Of a DNA stretch of 18,013 nt, positions 16,034-18,013 are shown one piece after another (positions within the stretch are counted from its first letter, which is position 1; the number at the start of each line of letters is the position of its first letter). The position numbers were made by a program, and so were the translations under genes. Location: positions 1-18,013 of the forward strand of contig CAZMRI010000011.1 of assembly GCA_964568605.1 (NCBI GenBank). Reading direction: 5' to 3'. Origin of the DNA: an uncultured Ignavibacterium sp. (lineage in GTDB: Bacteria; Bacteroidota; Ignavibacteria; Ignavibacteriales; Ignavibacteriaceae). The notes beneath the pieces are model-generated. The model was given only the letters and a program-made list of their open reading frames with translations. It did no database searches and had not been told where the DNA came from.

Positions 16034-17890
16034 ATGAACCGCCGACAAAGAAAACGAATTTTAATATTTCTGCTGGTACCTCTGCTTGCAATTATACTGT
16101 TCATTACAGATGATCTTATCATTCGTGTAATAACAATTATATTAATGATAATCTATGTTGCATTCATAATTTTTTTAAGAGACTCGATAAGATTTGATGG
16201 TAAATATTCCATCGGCGAAGATGATGAAGATATTGACGATCAGTTTGGTACTGCGCCTGTTTCCGACAGTGATGAATCATTTAAGATTATCTCAAAAACA
16301 AATAACATTGAAGTTATAACTGCAGAAAATTATCATCCCGAGTTAAAGCATTCCAAAACTACCTTAAAACCTCCCGACCTTAAAGAAAAATTTGAAGAGA
16401 TTGCTAACGAGTCTTTGCCTCCGGAATTAGGACAGAACGGACAGTTCGGATTTGTAATTGAGAAAATGCTTACCGTAATTAAGGAAGCCTATGGTGCTCA
16501 CTCAGCAGTATTCTTCTGGTATAATAAGAAAAAGGAAAAACTCACAATAGAAAAATGTATTTCTTCCTGCGACCAGGTTACAAAAAGTAAATTGGATATT
16601 GAGGATGATATACTTAGTAAAATTGTTCAGCGGAGTGAACCGGAGTTGCTCACAGAGATTTCACCTGCTGCGGAAGCCGATGTAATAAGATATTATGATT
16701 CCCCGCAGGGTATTAGAAGTTTCGTTGGAGCACCGGTATATTACGATAATTCACTTATTGCCATACTTTCAATTGATTCAAAAGTCGGCGACCAGTTTGG
16801 TATAGAAACTATTTACTCCATTGGAAGATTCGTTAGAGTTATCACGATGATAATTCAGATATTTGAACAAAAACATTCGGATACAATCTCGCAAGGAAGG
16901 CTCAAAGGTCTGCTCAGTCTTATCGATTCAGATAACAATTTTGAATCCCAGGATAATGTGCTTAATACTCTCTCAAATTCTGTAAATGAGCTTCTTGAGT
17001 GGGATGCATTTACTTTTGTTTACTATAAACCTTTAGAACAGAAATTTGAAACCACAAAAGTAGTGAATAAGACTTCGTTAAAGTATATAGGGCAGGGACT
17101 GGAAGTTGAAATTAACGGAACATTGGTCGGTAAAGCTATTATCAGCGGAATACCTGTTAAAATTGACGATACAGGAGCAGATAAGTATTTGAGATATTCA
17201 AAAGCTGAGGATATAAGTTTGGATGGCTCTTTTCTTGGTATACCGCTTATTTACTCCGGTCAGATTTTCGGTGTATTGTGCTTTGAAAGCCTGAAAAAGA
17301 ATGCTTACACTAATGCCGATGTAAAATTTTTAAAAAGTGCAGTTAACCTTATCTCATTTGTAATTTATTCACACTCATCTCATACTTTGCTGAAAAGCCT
17401 GCTTGCTGTTGATATGGAAACCAGAGCCTTGAACGGAGAAGCGTTTAAAGAAAGACTTAGTTCAGATCTTATGAAAATGCAGTCAGTTAATGCTGAAGGA
17501 GCACTTGCACTGATCAAAGTGGATGATTTTCTTGAGCAGGAATCGCTATTTGAAAATGACCCGCTTCCCAAAGTACTTCAGGTTGTCTCTGAATCAATTT
17601 CAAAAGAAATGACTGCAATGAACCTCTTCGGCAGGCTTGGTGATAAATTATTTGTTGTACATTTCTTCAATACTGTACCGAAAAATGTTTTTATCTGGGC
17701 AGAAAAAATCAGAGTTAAAATTGCACGTAAACCTATTGCAATAGTATCCAAACAAACTACTTATACCGTTTCAATCGGAGTTGCTTCCACAACCGGTAAA
17801 CTTGATGTTGAAGAAGTATTGTACAATGCAGAGCTTGCTTTAGAAAAAGCACTCGAAAAAGGCGGTAACACGGTTCGTAATATTAACTAA
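16034..17890 (+). CDS. Membrane-anchored signalling protein: 2 predicted TM helices, acidic linker, two GAF-like domains and a degenerate GGDEF domain
   Basis: Hydrophobic N-terminus ILIFLLVPLLAIILFI...VITIILMIIYVAFIIFL. Two GAF-like blocks, ending ...GAPVYYDNSLIAILSIDS and ...GIPLIYSGQIFGVLCFES. The C-terminal ~160 aa resemble a diguanylate-cyclase fold (RALNGEAF...ALIKVDDF...GRLGDKLFVV...SIGVAS...ALEKALEKGGNTV). The signature is GDKLF (17639-17653) instead of GGDEF. Start is uncertain: ATG 16034 is preferred and the ORF track uses TTG 15974. Confidence 0.7.
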   Translation: MNRRQRKRILIFLLVPLLAIILFITDDLIIRVITIILMIIYVAFIIFLRDSIRFDGKYSIGEDDEDIDDQFGTAPVSDSDESFKIISKTNNIEVITAENYHPELKHSKTTLKPPDLKEKFEEIANESLPPELGQNGQFGFVIEKMLTVIKEAYGAHSAVFFWYNKKKEKLTIEKCISSCDQVTKSKLDIEDDILSKIVQRSEPELLTEISPAAEADVIRYYDSPQGIRSFVGAPVYYDNSLIAILSIDSKVGDQFGIETIYSIGRFVRVITMIIQIFEQKHSDTISQGRLKGLLSLIDSDNNFESQDNVLNTLSNSVNELLEWDAFTFVYYKPLEQKFETTKVVNKTSLKYIGQGLEVEINGTLVGKAIISGIPVKIDDTGADKYLRYSKAEDISLDGSFLGIPLIYSGQIFGVLCFESLKKNAYTNADVKFLKSAVNLISFVIYSHSSHTLLKSLLAVDMETRALNGEAFKERLSSDLMKMQSVNAEGALALIKVDDFLEQESLFENDPLPKVLQVVSESISKEMTAMNLFGRLGDKLFVVHFFNTVPKNVFIWAEKIRVKIARKPIAIVSKQTTYTVSIGVASTTGKLDVEEVLYNAELALEKALEKGGNTVRNIN

Positions 17891-17905
17891 TCCTTTCCTG
17901 TTCAA

Positions 17906-18013
17906 ATGAATAATTTTTTTATTATAGTGCTCGATGGTGTTGGTGCCGGCGAACTTCCAGATGCTTCGAATTATAATGATGAGGGAAGCAACACTCTTGC
18001 AAATATGGCAAGA
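17906..18013 (+). CDS. deoB: Phosphopentomutase, N-terminal fragment (continues beyond the window)
   Basis: MNNFFIIVLDGVGAGELPDASNYNDEGSNTLANMAR resembles the phosphopentomutase N-terminus (hydrophobic run, then LD-x-x-G-x-G...D-x-G-x-(D/N)-T-L). Only 36 codons are visible. Confidence 0.7.
   Translation, partial: MNNFFIIVLDGVGAGELPDASNYNDEGSNTLANMAR

Noticed and set aside
1195-17571. Fourteen minus-strand ORFs of 62-90 aa from the ORF track: 1195-1383, 1648-1836, 2479-2751, 4018-4218, 5394-5618, 6293-6499, 8174-8365, 8607-8825, 11283-11528, 11825-12025, 13883-14077, 14981-15169, 15356-15547 and 17380-17571.
   Set aside because: Each lies almost entirely antisense to a confidently identified, highly conserved + strand gene; two of them (1195-1383 and 11825-12025) additionally span a short junction between two such genes. 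Their translations are low-complexity or hydrophobic with no recognisable family features and no SD context. Open antisense frames of this size are expected by chance in AT-rich coding DNA.
1-18013. Search for a novel multi-gene system: defence island, toxin-antitoxin pair, prophage or transposon, secondary-metabolite genes, unusual long repeats.
   Set aside because: Every substantial ORF is accounted for by a universally conserved translation or housekeeping gene in canonical order. There are no integrase, transposase or nuclease genes, no inverted terminal repeats and no long non-coding gaps. The only accessory-like gene is the GAF/GGDEF signalling protein. Calling a novel system here would be unsupported.

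Overview
This window is almost entirely core translation machinery on the + strand. It runs from the 3' end of tuf through a complete, contiguous S10-spc-alpha ribosomal-protein supercluster: rpsJ-rplCDWB-rpsS-rplV-rpsC-rplP-rpmC-rpsQ, rplNXE-rpsNH-rplFR-rpsE-rpmD-rplO-secY-map-infA-rpmJ, then rpsMKD-rpoA-rplQ. A strong intrinsic terminator follows rplQ. Three unrelated housekeeping or signalling genes come next: engB/ysxC GTPase, a membrane-anchored GAF-GAF protein with a degenerate GGDEF domain, and the start of phosphopentomutase. The DNA is AT-rich. The gene order (no adk between secY and map, infA-rpmJ kept) together with clear Shine-Dalgarno sites suggests an FCB-superphylum organism such as Ignavibacteria/Chlorobi-like, but that cannot be proven from this sequence alone. 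I see no mobile element, CRISPR array, defence island or other novel multi-gene system, so this is an ordinary conserved region. The most unusual item, missing from the ORF track, is a well-formed tRNA-Gln(UUG) gene inside the spc operon between rplR and rpsE. It is flanked by a 10-nt direct repeat that offers an alternative helix with the tRNA 3' acceptor strand. Second is a 103-nt rpsM-rpsK spacer with a perfect nested hairpin, which could be an r-protein autoregulatory leader. Smaller observations are Lys/Glu-rich extensions on L5 and L17, a TAATTTA heptamer repeat in place of an SD before rplV, seven GTG/TTG starts, and a terminator that abuts the engB start. rpmJ (L36, 37 aa) is also absent from the ORF track and was found by reading the sequence. 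All antisense and overlapping alternate-frame ORFs in the track look spurious.
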